A stretch of 64,000 nucleotides of DNA, taken from IMG/VR virus record IMGVR_UViG_3300010356_002264, one strand, 5' to 3'. The notes under the pieces are model-generated. The model did no database searches. It saw only the letters and a list, made by a program, of their open reading frames with translations, and had not been told where the DNA came from. Source of the DNA: a virus. Its lineage: Duplodnaviria; Caudoviricetes. Each line of letters begins with the position of its first letter. Positions within the stretch are counted from its first letter, which is position 1. The position numbers and the translations under genes were made by a program. This document shows, in pieces, positions 13,900-22,563 of the stretch.

Positions 13900-14886
13900 A
13901 TGATCTCAGCCTGCATGATCGCTCGTAACGAGGAGGCGGTGCTTCCTCGCGTGCTCGCCAGCCTGGCGGCGGCTCCTGCCATCACCGAGGTCTGCGTGCT
14001 CGACACGGGGTCGACCGACCGCACGAGCGAGGTCGCGCGGGACCTCGGGGCGCGCGTCGAGCGCTGGGACGAGGGGAACGACAAGACGGGGTACCTCGCT
14101 GACTTCGCTGCCGCGCGGAACCGCTCGCTCGCGATGGCCACGAACCCGTGGCTCATGATGGTCGACGCGGACGACGTGCTGAAGGTCGACGACCCGAGCG
14201 CCGACGTCGCCGCGTGGCTCACCTCCGCCCACGCCGAGGGGGTGGTGGCGGCCTACATGACGATCCACGACGGGGGCCACTACAGGTTCCAGCAGATCCG
14301 GTTCATGCGGGCCGGCGTCGTGCAGTACGTGGGGCGCGTCCACGAGTACCCCAAGCCCTCCTACCCCTCCCGTCGGTGGGAGGCGTGGCACGTCGAGCAC
14401 CTGCCCGACAAGCGGGGCAAGGAGGGGTCCGACCCCCGCGTGCTCCGCATCCTCCAGGCGATCCCTCCGCGAGAGCGCACGGTGCGCGACTGGTTCTACC
14501 TCGCCCGGTCCCTCTGGTCGAGCGGCTACCACGGGGCGGGCATCGACGCCTTCAACGAGTACCTGCGCAGGGGTCCTGGCTTCCCCGAGGAGGGGTTGTT
14601 CGCGCGCTACTACCTCGCCGACTGCCACGAGAAGATCGGGGAGCGCGCCAAGGCCAAGGAGGTCATCTGCTCGGCCCTCGCGGTGGACCCGCGGTACGCG
14701 GAGCTCCACTGCTACCTGGGCGACCTCTTCTTCCTCGACGGGCACTTCAAGCAGGCCCGCGTGTGCTACGAGCTGGCCGTCCACATCGGCAAGCCCCCCG
14801 ACGACGCGCTCCTGTTCGTCGACCTCACCAAGTACGGGAACTACCCGCGCAGCATGATCCGCCGCATGTACCCCGACACCCCCTGA
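13900..14886 (+). CDS. GT2 glycosyltransferase with TPR-like C-terminus
   Basis: ISACMIARNEE, LDTGSTD, FAAARN, VDADD, RVHE; helical C-terminal repeats; GGAGG SD. Confidence 0.9.
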   Translation: MISACMIARNEEAVLPRVLASLAAAPAITEVCVLDTGSTDRTSEVARDLGARVERWDEGNDKTGYLADFAAARNRSLAMATNPWLMMVDADDVLKVDDPSADVAAWLTSAHAEGVVAAYMTIHDGGHYRFQQIRFMRAGVVQYVGRVHEYPKPSYPSRRWEAWHVEHLPDKRGKEGSDPRVLRILQAIPPRERTVRDWFYLARSLWSSGYHGAGIDAFNEYLRRGPGFPEEGLFARYYLADCHEKIGERAKAKEVICSALAVDPRYAELHCYLGDLFFLDGHFKQARVCYELAVHIGKPPDDALLFVDLTKYGNYPRSMIRRMYPDTP

Positions 14887-14924
14887 CTCAGCTCCCGTGC
14901 CCCGTGTCTCGTCGACTACGGGGC

Positions 14925-15245
14925 ATGCCCCTCACGGTCGACCCCTCCAAGCCCTCTCCCAAGCTCAACGCCCACGTCGTCACCCTGTTCAAGGTCTCCT
15001 ACCACGACCTGGAGCGCTTCATCCAGGAGGCGACGGGCCGCACCATAAGCGTTCCCGCCGAGATGGAGTGGAGCAACGGGGAGGACCACGAGGTCACCAT
15101 CGACCGGAACGCCGATGACGCCGACGACTACGAGGACTTCCTCGCCGGCCGCCGTACGAACTACGCCCTCTTCGCCATCATGGACGGCCTCGCTCGTGAC
15201 GGCCTGCTCGCGAAGGGCAAGTACCTGATCGAAGTGCTCTGGTAA
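14925..15245 (+). CDS. hypothetical protein (paralog of next gene)
   Basis: CAGCTCC 36 nt upstream; LERFI..TGR motif. Confidence 0.7.
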   Translation: MPLTVDPSKPSPKLNAHVVTLFKVSYHDLERFIQEATGRTISVPAEMEWSNGEDHEVTIDRNADDADDYEDFLAGRRTNYALFAIMDGLARDGLLAKGKYLIEVLW

Positions 15246-15254
15246 GGAGCCCGT

Positions 15255-15581
15255 ATGCCGACCCTCATCCCGGCGCCCAAGAAGCGTCCTCCGTCGCCCT
15301 TCAAGCAGGTCACGGCCTTCCACACGGACACCAGCGCCCTGGAGCGGTTCATCAAGCAGGTCACGGGGCGCAGCTACCCGATATGCGCCTGCGAGCTATG
15401 GGGTGACGACGAGTCGCACGAGTTCACCGTGGACGGCGAGGTCCACGAGTACGACGAGGAGAAGGTCCACGCCCTCATGCACGCCAGGATCCCGAAGGAG
15501 CACAGCCTGCGGTCGATCCTGAACGCCCTCTGCCGTGACGGGCACATTGAGAGGGGCCTGTACGTCGTGCAGGCGATCTAG
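15255..15581 (+). CDS. hypothetical protein (paralog of previous gene)
   Basis: AAGGAG SD; LERFIKQVTGR...L.RDG...G.Y. Confidence 0.7.
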   Translation: MPTLIPAPKKRPPSPFKQVTAFHTDTSALERFIKQVTGRSYPICACELWGDDESHEFTVDGEVHEYDEEKVHALMHARIPKEHSLRSILNALCRDGHIERGLYVVQAI

Positions 15582-16153
15582 TCCGCGCGCTCGGGGAGGC
15601 TCAGGGGAGCGTGTGCGGCCGGCAGGGCTGGAGCGTTCTGCCCCAGGCGCTCCGCGGCCTGGATGAGCCGCCCCATCCCCACCTGGACCTCGGGACGCCC
15701 CAGCGCGCGGAGGAACCCGATGATCCCCAGGCGGGGTGCGGGCGTGGCGACCTCCGTGGCCTCGGGGGCCTCGACCGGCCGGGTTCGACGCTCCACCTCG
15801 GCCGCGTACTTGTCCGCCGACTGGGCGAAGGTCAGGGTCTGGTCGGCGACGCGCCGGAGGTCGGTGACGAGCGTGTGGAGCTCGCCCGACAGCGTCCGCA
15901 CGTCGCCGCGCAGCGCAGCGATCTCGGACGCGGTGGCCACCACGCGGGACGCCGACGCGACCGCCTCCAGTCGCTGGAGGATCTCCGTCAGAACCGCCGA
16001 GTCCCCGTGGCGAGTCAGCAGGGTCTCGAACGTCGTCTTGAGGCGCTCCGTCCCCGAGCGCACCTCCGCGAGGATCGCCTCCGCCCAGGAGGGCGTGTCC
16101 CCGAAGGGAAGTGGAGTGGGAGTGGGTGGAGTGGGAGCGGTTTTCTTCGGCAT
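15578..16153 (-). CDS. helical/coiled-coil protein with DUF1641-like C-terminus
   Basis: GIIGFLRALGRPEVQVGMGRLI resembles the DUF1641 motif. Confidence 0.55.
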   Translation of the reverse strand: MPKKTAPTPPTPTPLPFGDTPSWAEAILAEVRSGTERLKTTFETLLTRHGDSAVLTEILQRLEAVASASRVVATASEIAALRGDVRTLSGELHTLVTDLRRVADQTLTFAQSADKYAAEVERRTRPVEAPEATEVATPAPRLGIIGFLRALGRPEVQVGMGRLIQAAERLGQNAPALPAAHAPLSLPERAD

Positions 16154-16306
16154 GGTCGTCCTGTTGTCGATGGTGAAGCGCCGCCATCTGGCGCACAGAG
16201 GATACATCCTTCAACCATTCTCCTCCATCCCAAGATGCGCGCGCTCCCATGGATCTGTTGCGTCGGTGGTAGACCTGAGTTCGCGGCGGGGTACTCGACG
16301 GGAGCG

Positions 16307-16600
16307 CTACGTCGCGGGGTTCGCAGCACTCCCGAGGAGCACGCGGTTCTCCTCCTTGCCGAGGGGCTGCTTGCAGGGTCGGTAGTACCCGTCTCGCCGG
16401 AGGGAGACGCGCACGCCGGCCGAGGCCCCGAAGCCGCGGAACACGGCCTCCAGGCCGCTGTCCGACACCCAGGTGATCTCGCCCTGGACCTCCTTGGTCC
16501 CCACGAGCTGGGTCGCGGGCATCTTGGTGGTCGCCATGGTGTGGGCCGGGTGGTAGCCCTCCGGAGTCGGAAGGGCGGGCGGGTCTTTGGGCTTGCTCAT
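16307..16600 (-). CDS. hypothetical protein
   Basis: Start overlaps upstream stop. Confidence 0.5.
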   Translation of the reverse strand: MSKPKDPPALPTPEGYHPAHTMATTKMPATQLVGTKEVQGEITWVSDSGLEAVFRGFGASAGVRVSLRRDGYYRPCKQPLGKEENRVLLGSAANPAT

Positions 16601-16710
16601 GGGGCCTGCTCCGATCCCTTGCTCCCCTTCAGCGAGCACATGACCAGGGCCTCCAGCACGGGCATGGCGAGCGTATGGTTGCGTGGGTCCTGCGGGATGT
16701 GTTCTGCCAT
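16597..16710 (-). CDS. small hypothetical protein (37 aa)
   Basis: ATG exactly 36 nt after CAGCTCC; coupled to next gene. Confidence 0.4.
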   Translation of the reverse strand: MAEHIPQDPRNHTLAMPVLEALVMCSLKGSKGSEQAP

Positions 16711-16819
16711 GCGGTGATCCCGAGGTCCCACCGTGGCTCGGAGCTGTGGAGGGGTCAGCTCCGCTCCTCCGGGTCTCGTCGATTGGTTCCCCGCCTGTAG
16801 GGGAGTGATAGGTAAGCCC

Positions 16820-19800
16820 ATGATCCAGATGACACCTGGCGTCGTGCTAGACGTCCTCAAGCTCTCCGTCGCCGTCCACTTCGGGTTCGCGCACCTCGAC
16901 GCGGACAAGCAGCAGAAGACGCGCAGCTACCTGCGCAGCAAGTCCGCGTGGCCGCTGTCGCGCGCGGTGCTCGTCCACGTGGTGCGGGAGCTCCAGCAGG
17001 CCCCGGGCGGGATGGGCCTGGTGGCTGCGATCCGGAACGCGCAGCGCGTGCAGGGGAGCGACTCGGTCACCCACCTGGACGGGATCGGGCGCGTGACGCC
17101 GCGCGTCCTGGCGCTCCTACAGTCTCACGGCGGGGTGCTGGAGGCGCTCGCCGCGGACGAGGCTCCGGCCTACCGACGCCTCGCGCAGGCGGTCAAGTCG
17201 TCTGACCCGCACACGGTCCTGCGGGCGATCGCCCGCATCCCCGGGGCGGACCCCTCCCTCATGTGGATCTCCTCGACGGTTCGTCGAGTCGCCCAGGTGG
17301 TCACCTCCGAGGACCTCACCGCGGAGGAGAAGGCGGCCGTGTCGGCGGAGGAGGCGCGCAAGGCCGTGACCAGCATCCGCCAGGCGCGCCTGGCGGAGTC
17401 GGCCACCGACCCGCTGACCCCCCGCGGGGCCGAGGCGGCCGAGCAGCGGGTCTCCGCGGAGACCTCCGCGCTGGAGGTGTCGAGCCCGGAGCACGCCGCC
17501 GACCCTGGCGTGGCGCGCGCGACGGTCGCGAAGGCCGAGGTGCAGTCGAGCGGTCACGCGACCGAGACGGGGCGCAAGCTCGGCCTGTCCCCCGAGCAGG
17601 AGCACGCGATGGTCGACAAGGGACCCGTGCTCATCGCCGCCGGGGCGGGATCTGGGAAGACCCGCGTCCTGGCGGGCAAGGTGGTCTACCACCTGCGCGA
17701 GCTCCAGGAGCCGGCACGGTCGCTCATCGCGACGTCCTTCACCCGCAAGAGCGCGCGCGAGCTCAAGGAACGCATCCAGGCGTACGGGGGCGCGGACGTG
17801 CTCGATGGGGCTGAGGGCTACGTGGGGACGACCCACTCGGTCTCGATGGCGATGCAGCGGGACTACGGACCTCGTAACCGCCCCGACATCGCGTCCGACG
17901 GGCTCCAGCGATCGACCGTCGAGATCGCCATCAAGCAGGTCCAGATGAACCCGACGAGCGGGTTCTCGTCCCCGCCCAGCACGACGAGACGGTTCTTCGA
18001 CGAGCTCAGCCCGGTGACGGGAGTGGGCCCGCGCGGTGCGGACCGAGGGTCCTCGCGCTTCTGGAAGGAGCCCGCCAACCAGTGGTGGAACCTCGGAGTC
18101 AAGAAGATCGTCGACGAGAAGGGCAACGCCTCGGGCGTGAGGCAGGTGGCCACCGCGATCTCCAAGTGGAAGGGCAACCTCGTGTCCCCGTCGGAGGCGT
18201 GGAGGGACTCAGGCGAGTCCCCGCTCGCCGCCGTCTACGCGGCCTACGAGTGGCTCAAGCGGAACGACACCCCGTGGGCGGGCAAGCAGGACAAGGATGA
18301 CATCCTCACCGAGGGTGTCCGGCTGTTGTCGCGCAACAAGGGGGCTCGTGAGGCGGTACAGCACCGCTTCAAGACGGTCCTCGTCGACGAGGCCCAGGAC
18401 CAGAACCGGGCTCAGAACGTCCTGTTCGGGCTCATCACCGGCACGCACGACCCCGACACGCTGGAGGAGCGCGCGGACGGCCAGATGACCGCGCGAACCT
18501 ACTGCAAGATCGGGGACGACAAGCAGGCGATCTACAGCTTCCGCGGCGCGAACCCGGACGAGTTCATACGGTCGTCCGACCTCGTCGAGACCAACGGCAA
18601 GACGGGGCGGTTCAAGACCCACATGCTCCAGACGAACTACCGGAGCGGGTCGAACATCGTGGAGGCCGCGGGCAAGCTCATCTCCCACAACTCTCGGCAG
18701 GTGCCGATGGTGTGCGTTGCCGACCCCGCGCGGCGGGGCAACGGGTCGATCTACCGGGTCGACGTCGCTGACCACCAGGCGGGGGCGGAGCACGCGGCGG
18801 AGGAGATCCAGAGCCTCGTGCACGGGGAGGGGTCGACCAAGAACTACGGGGACTTCGGGGTCGCGACGCGCACCAACGCCGAGGCGTATGCCTACGTGAT
18901 GGAGCTCATGCGGAGGGGTATCCCGTTCCGCTCGCGCGTAAACCCCCTACGCGACCGCACCGCGCAGGCCCTGATCCGCTGGATGCACCTGGCCCAGCCC
19001 AGCACGGGCGGGGAGGAGCAGAACGACGCGGTACTGCGTGCGCACGAGGTTCCGGGCTTCATGCTGGACGCGGAGTTCGGCCGGCGTATCCAGGCGCTGG
19101 CACGCCAGCAGCGCGAGTCGTCCTACCTCCGGGTCCTCCAGACCTCGTGGAACAGGGTCTACGAGGCGTCGCAGCAGTGGCGCAACGACAAGAACGTCCG
19201 CGCCTACGTCGATGCGATCGAGACCCTGCGAGAGGGGAACTTCTCGCCGGCTGACCTCGTCAACCACGTCCTCGACATGCAGGGCGTGGGGCGTGGGGGC
19301 GGTAGGAGCCTCATCGGGGCCCTCATGGAAGACATCCGCAGCGACGCGGAGGCAATGGCCGAGCTAACCTCCGAGCTCGGTCAGCCCCCCACCGATGACG
19401 ACGTGAGGGCGCTGGCGATCGCTCCCGTGCAGCCGCTCCTGTCCCTGCTCGGGGTCCACGAGGACGTGGGAGGGGCCCTCGCGTTCATCAACAAGCTCCA
19501 GCGGGCGGCCCAGAAGATCGACCACTCGGACGACGAGTCCAAGGAGCCGGCCGTCACCGTGGACACCGTCCACGGATGGAAGGGCCTGGAGACCAAGCAC
19601 CTGTTCGTCCCGATGGCCAAGGGGGTGTTCCCTCACACGCGGTCGATGGAGGACGAGACGGAGCTATCGGAGGAGCGTCGTCTCGCCTACGTGGCGCTCA
19701 CGCGCGGTAAGGACGTCGTGAGCGTCATCACGCCAGGCAAGAGCCACCTCGGCAAGCCCGCGGGGCCGAGCTCCTTCCTCGCCGAGGCGTGTATCGCGCC

Positions 19801-19846
19801 GCTCACCCAGCCGGTCGCGCCAGGCGAGGAGCAGCGGGCCGTCTAG
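16820..19846 (+). CDS. UvrD/Rep/PcrA superfamily 1 helicase with long N-terminal extension
   Basis: AGAGSGKT, TSFTRKSA, VDEAQD, GDDKQAIYSFRGA, NYRS, TVHGWKGLE, EERRLAYVALTR. Confidence 0.93.
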   Translation: MIQMTPGVVLDVLKLSVAVHFGFAHLDADKQQKTRSYLRSKSAWPLSRAVLVHVVRELQQAPGGMGLVAAIRNAQRVQGSDSVTHLDGIGRVTPRVLALLQSHGGVLEALAADEAPAYRRLAQAVKSSDPHTVLRAIARIPGADPSLMWISSTVRRVAQVVTSEDLTAEEKAAVSAEEARKAVTSIRQARLAESATDPLTPRGAEAAEQRVSAETSALEVSSPEHAADPGVARATVAKAEVQSSGHATETGRKLGLSPEQEHAMVDKGPVLIAAGAGSGKTRVLAGKVVYHLRELQEPARSLIATSFTRKSARELKERIQAYGGADVLDGAEGYVGTTHSVSMAMQRDYGPRNRPDIASDGLQRSTVEIAIKQVQMNPTSGFSSPPSTTRRFFDELSPVTGVGPRGADRGSSRFWKEPANQWWNLGVKKIVDEKGNASGVRQVATAISKWKGNLVSPSEAWRDSGESPLAAVYAAYEWLKRNDTPWAGKQDKDDILTEGVRLLSRNKGAREAVQHRFKTVLVDEAQDQNRAQNVLFGLITGTHDPDTLEERADGQMTARTYCKIGDDKQAIYSFRGANPDEFIRSSDLVETNGKTGRFKTHMLQTNYRSGSNIVEAAGKLISHNSRQVPMVCVADPARRGNGSIYRVDVADHQAGAEHAAEEIQSLVHGEGSTKNYGDFGVATRTNAEAYAYVMELMRRGIPFRSRVNPLRDRTAQALIRWMHLAQPSTGGEEQNDAVLRAHEVPGFMLDAEFGRRIQALARQQRESSYLRVLQTSWNRVYEASQQWRNDKNVRAYVDAIETLREGNFSPADLVNHVLDMQGVGRGGGRSLIGALMEDIRSDAEAMAELTSELGQPPTDDDVRALAIAPVQPLLSLLGVHEDVGGALAFINKLQRAAQKIDHSDDESKEPAVTVDTVHGWKGLETKHLFVPMAKGVFPHTRSMEDETELSEERRLAYVALTRGKDVVSVITPGKSHLGKPAGPSSFLAEACIAPLTQPVAPGEEQRAV

Positions 19847-20043
19847 CCCCACTCGCTCACGGTGAACTCGACGTCGAGGGGCGTTGAGCCGCTCTGCTCG
19901 GTCGTCCTCAGGATGAAGCGGTGGTCCGCCTCAGGGTCCGCAAGCATGCGGGTCAATGCGGTGATGAGGTCCCTCGCCTCCTGTGGGGTCACGGTGAGGA
20001 TCTGCTTGCACGCCACGAGCTCGCTGTCGAATCGGGTCGCCAT
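19843..20043 (-). CDS. small hypothetical protein
   Basis: GGAG SD; follows upstream stop directly. Confidence 0.5.
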   Translation of the reverse strand: MATRFDSELVACKQILTVTPQEARDLITALTRMLADPEADHRFILRTTEQSGSTPLDVEFTVSEWG

Positions 20044-20045
20044 GA

Positions 20046-20279
20046 CTAGCTCCGCTTCTCCACAACCCATCCCGTGTCCTTCTTGACGAGGACCGCCACG
20101 GGTTTCCCGCTCTTGTCCCACGCGGTGAAGGCCGCGCGGTCGTGGTCGTCCATCGAGAAGTAACCGCGACACGCAGTCCTGATCCCCGCCTGGGCAAGTA
20201 CCGGGGCAATCTTCTTGGGAATCCCGTTCGTGGGAGTCTGGAAGTCTGGCTGCGGTTTTGAGGTGGGACGCTTTGCCAT
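20046..20279 (-). CDS. small hypothetical protein
   Basis: CAGCTCC 36 nt upstream. Confidence 0.6.
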   Translation of the reverse strand: MAKRPTSKPQPDFQTPTNGIPKKIAPVLAQAGIRTACRGYFSMDDHDRAAFTAWDKSGKPVAVLVKKDTGWVVEKRS

Positions 20280-20337
20280 GGGGATGAGTCGCGAACAAAA
20301 CACGGATTGGAGCTGATGTAGCTGGGTAGGGTGGGGC

Positions 20338-20769
20338 ATGACGACTCCCAACCCCGTGACCCTCACCCCAAAAGACCTCTCCCCCTACCGTGCCTACCTC
20401 AAGGGCCGCATCCTCACCGCGCTCAGCCTGCAAGGCAACGAGCAATGCGACATGAAGGGCGTTCACCTGGCGGTCCAGGCGGACTGCCTGGCGGCCCACC
20501 TGTCGGAGGAAGCCTCGATCGCCCTGACGATCGGGGTCACCCAGTCGTCCTCGGAGCCCGTGCTCTCGAAGGCCATCATCGAGACGATGGTTGCTGCCTG
20601 CATGGAGAAGGCTTCCAAGGAGCCGAAGACGCCCGGCACCAAGCCTCTGACGCCCGCCAGCAAGACTGCGACCGCCCGCGTGGGTGGTCTCCCCGCGGGT
20701 AGCCAGCCGGCCGCCCCGGTGGCGAAGCGTGGCCGCCCAGCGAAGTCCGTGACGACTCCCGCCGTCTAG
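20338..20769 (+). CDS. hypothetical protein with basic AT-hook-like tail
   Basis: KRGRPAK; TAGGGT -10-like element just upstream. Confidence 0.6.
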   Translation: MTTPNPVTLTPKDLSPYRAYLKGRILTALSLQGNEQCDMKGVHLAVQADCLAAHLSEEASIALTIGVTQSSSEPVLSKAIIETMVAACMEKASKEPKTPGTKPLTPASKTATARVGGLPAGSQPAAPVAKRGRPAKSVTTPAV

Positions 20770-20918
20770 TCGACGACCTTGACGGGACGAGCCTCCCGCT
20801 TGTCCAGGGTGCGGCGGTGCTTGCGAGAGTGCAGCTTTGCGTCCGCGCGACGGGTCCTGCGCTCACTCTTCGATCCCGCCTTTCCGTTCCCGTTCGTCTT
20901 TCCCTTCCAGAGTGCCAT
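20766..20918 (-). CDS. 50-aa highly basic peptide
   Basis: Hand translation MALWKGKTNGNGKAGSKSERRTRRADAKLHSRKHRRTLDKREARPVKVVD; AAGGA SD. Confidence 0.55.
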   Translation of the reverse strand: MALWKGKTNGNGKAGSKSERRTRRADAKLHSRKHRRTLDKREARPVKVVD

Positions 20919-20966
20919 CGCCGTATCCTTCGTATCGAGGGTTACTCCCCCGAGCTAACAACTTAG

Positions 20967-21386
20967 CTAGCTGGGGTTTTGCTTGCATGTGATGCGTGCC
21001 AGCCACCAGTCTCCGACCCCAAGGGCCTTCCCGACAGCATCTCCGTGCGTTGTTTTCGGGTGGGGGATGTACTCACTTGAGCAAGAGATGTTTTTGTTGG
21101 GATGCTTTTGGCGCAGGAATGTCTGCATGTCCATCTTCGCAGTGTCTCGGTTGTCGTCGATCGCTTTGTCGCAATCTTTGTTCTCAGCAGGCTGGAACCG
21201 AAACTCAAGCTCGAAGTTGTATTGCCTGACCCCGTCGTCGTCCGTGTAGTTGTACTCGGTGGTGACGTCCGGAGTGCAGGATTTCAGAATCGCCCTGAAC
21301 GCAGGAGTATCAGGGAGATCTGGGCCACATCCGGGTACGACGAAGAGGCATAGGGTTAGAAGCAGGAGTTTTAGAGCGTGTCGCAT
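20967..21386 (-). CDS. putative lipoprotein
   Basis: Signal peptide with lipobox-like VPGC; CAGCTCC 37 nt upstream. Confidence 0.65.
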   Translation of the reverse strand: MRHALKLLLLTLCLFVVPGCGPDLPDTPAFRAILKSCTPDVTTEYNYTDDDGVRQYNFELEFRFQPAENKDCDKAIDDNRDTAKMDMQTFLRQKHPNKNISCSSEYIPHPKTTHGDAVGKALGVGDWWLARITCKQNPS

Positions 21387-21503
21387 GCGTCCTCGGAGTT
21401 TGGTCCTGTTGAACTCGGAGCTGAACGATTGAAACTACCAAGTAGTTTGTGTGGTTCGCGAGGATAGCTCAACCCCAAGCTAAATTTTGGTCGCAGTTGG
21501 CGA

Positions 21504-22028
21504 TCAGCAGGTGCAGTCGCAAAGGAACTCGTTGCAGTCGAGGCAGTGCCCGTCGTCCTCGCCCTCGCCCTCGTCGGGGCAGTCGCACTCGGCAATGAAG
21601 TTCTGACAGCGACGGCAGTGTCCGTCATCCTCGTCCATTCCGTCGTCGTCCGTGTCGAGGCAGCCCTCATGGACCGTCCCGTTGGGCCCCGACACCCCGT
21701 CACCGGGGTTGATGGGGTCGCCGCATTCGGGGCACGACTCATGAAGCCCGTCCTCGACCGACATGCAGTCGAAGTGGACGTATCCACGTTCTCCGCACGT
21801 ACCGTCATCGCCGACCGGCTTGTCGCAGACGACACAGTCTTCGGGCACACACGCCTCGCCGTCCTCGTTGAGCGGGCATTCGCAGTCCTCGACCAGGATG
21901 CCGCACTCGGTGCAGCGGTCATCCTCGTCGATGCCGCGCCCTCCCGAGGGGGCCTTGGGGTCGTAGGAGACGTCCTCGACTCCGGCTTCGTCTAAGCCAA
22001 CTTCTTCGTCGCGGTTCGTTGTGCTCAT
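21504..22028 (-). CDS. Cys/Asp/Glu-rich putative metal-binding protein
   Basis: About 21 Cys in CxxC/CxC clusters; CAGCTCC 36 nt upstream. Confidence 0.7.
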   Translation of the reverse strand: MSTTNRDEEVGLDEAGVEDVSYDPKAPSGGRGIDEDDRCTECGILVEDCECPLNEDGEACVPEDCVVCDKPVGDDGTCGERGYVHFDCMSVEDGLHESCPECGDPINPGDGVSGPNGTVHEGCLDTDDDGMDEDDGHCRRCQNFIAECDCPDEGEGEDDGHCLDCNEFLCDCTC

Positions 22029-22117
22029 GACTGGTAGTCGATTTGGTGGGTGGAAGTGGAGCTGATTATGTGCCAGGTGGGACAGCTCCAAGTTCGGTCT
22101 TTCGGCGACGGACTACC

Positions 22118-22546
22118 ATGAGCGACATCAGACGAGAGCGCGTCGAGAGTCCCACGTTCGGTAAGGGCTGGCTCCTCTGGCCGGGCCCGAACGACGGGAT
22201 GCGGTTCACCTTCGAGGCCGACACGGACGGGAGTACCTTCGCCCTGCCGGTGCGCTTCACGATGGACGTCGAGCAGGGTGTCATCACCACCGACTCGCCC
22301 CGGCGCCACCGGGACGTCGAGCGCGCGGAGGCGCAGGCGGAGGGCGCGCGCATCATGGCCTGCCTGGAGCAGGGCATCGATCTCGACCCGGACGACGAGA
22401 CGAGCCCGAGTCGTGACCCGTACCTCTACGACATGGACGAGAACACGCTCGTCTCCCTCATCTCCCGCGACCCGGACGGGGAGGTGTGGTTCACGCTGCG
22501 CACGGGCGGCGACGAGGTGTTCGGGTTCCGCAGGATAAGTGCTTGA
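22118..22546 (+). CDS. hypothetical protein
   Basis: CAGCTCC 35 nt upstream. Confidence 0.65.
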   Translation: MSDIRRERVESPTFGKGWLLWPGPNDGMRFTFEADTDGSTFALPVRFTMDVEQGVITTDSPRRHRDVERAEAQAEGARIMACLEQGIDLDPDDETSPSRDPYLYDMDENTLVSLISRDPDGEVWFTLRTGGDEVFGFRRISA

Positions 22547-22563
22547 TAGGCCGCACAGAGTAG

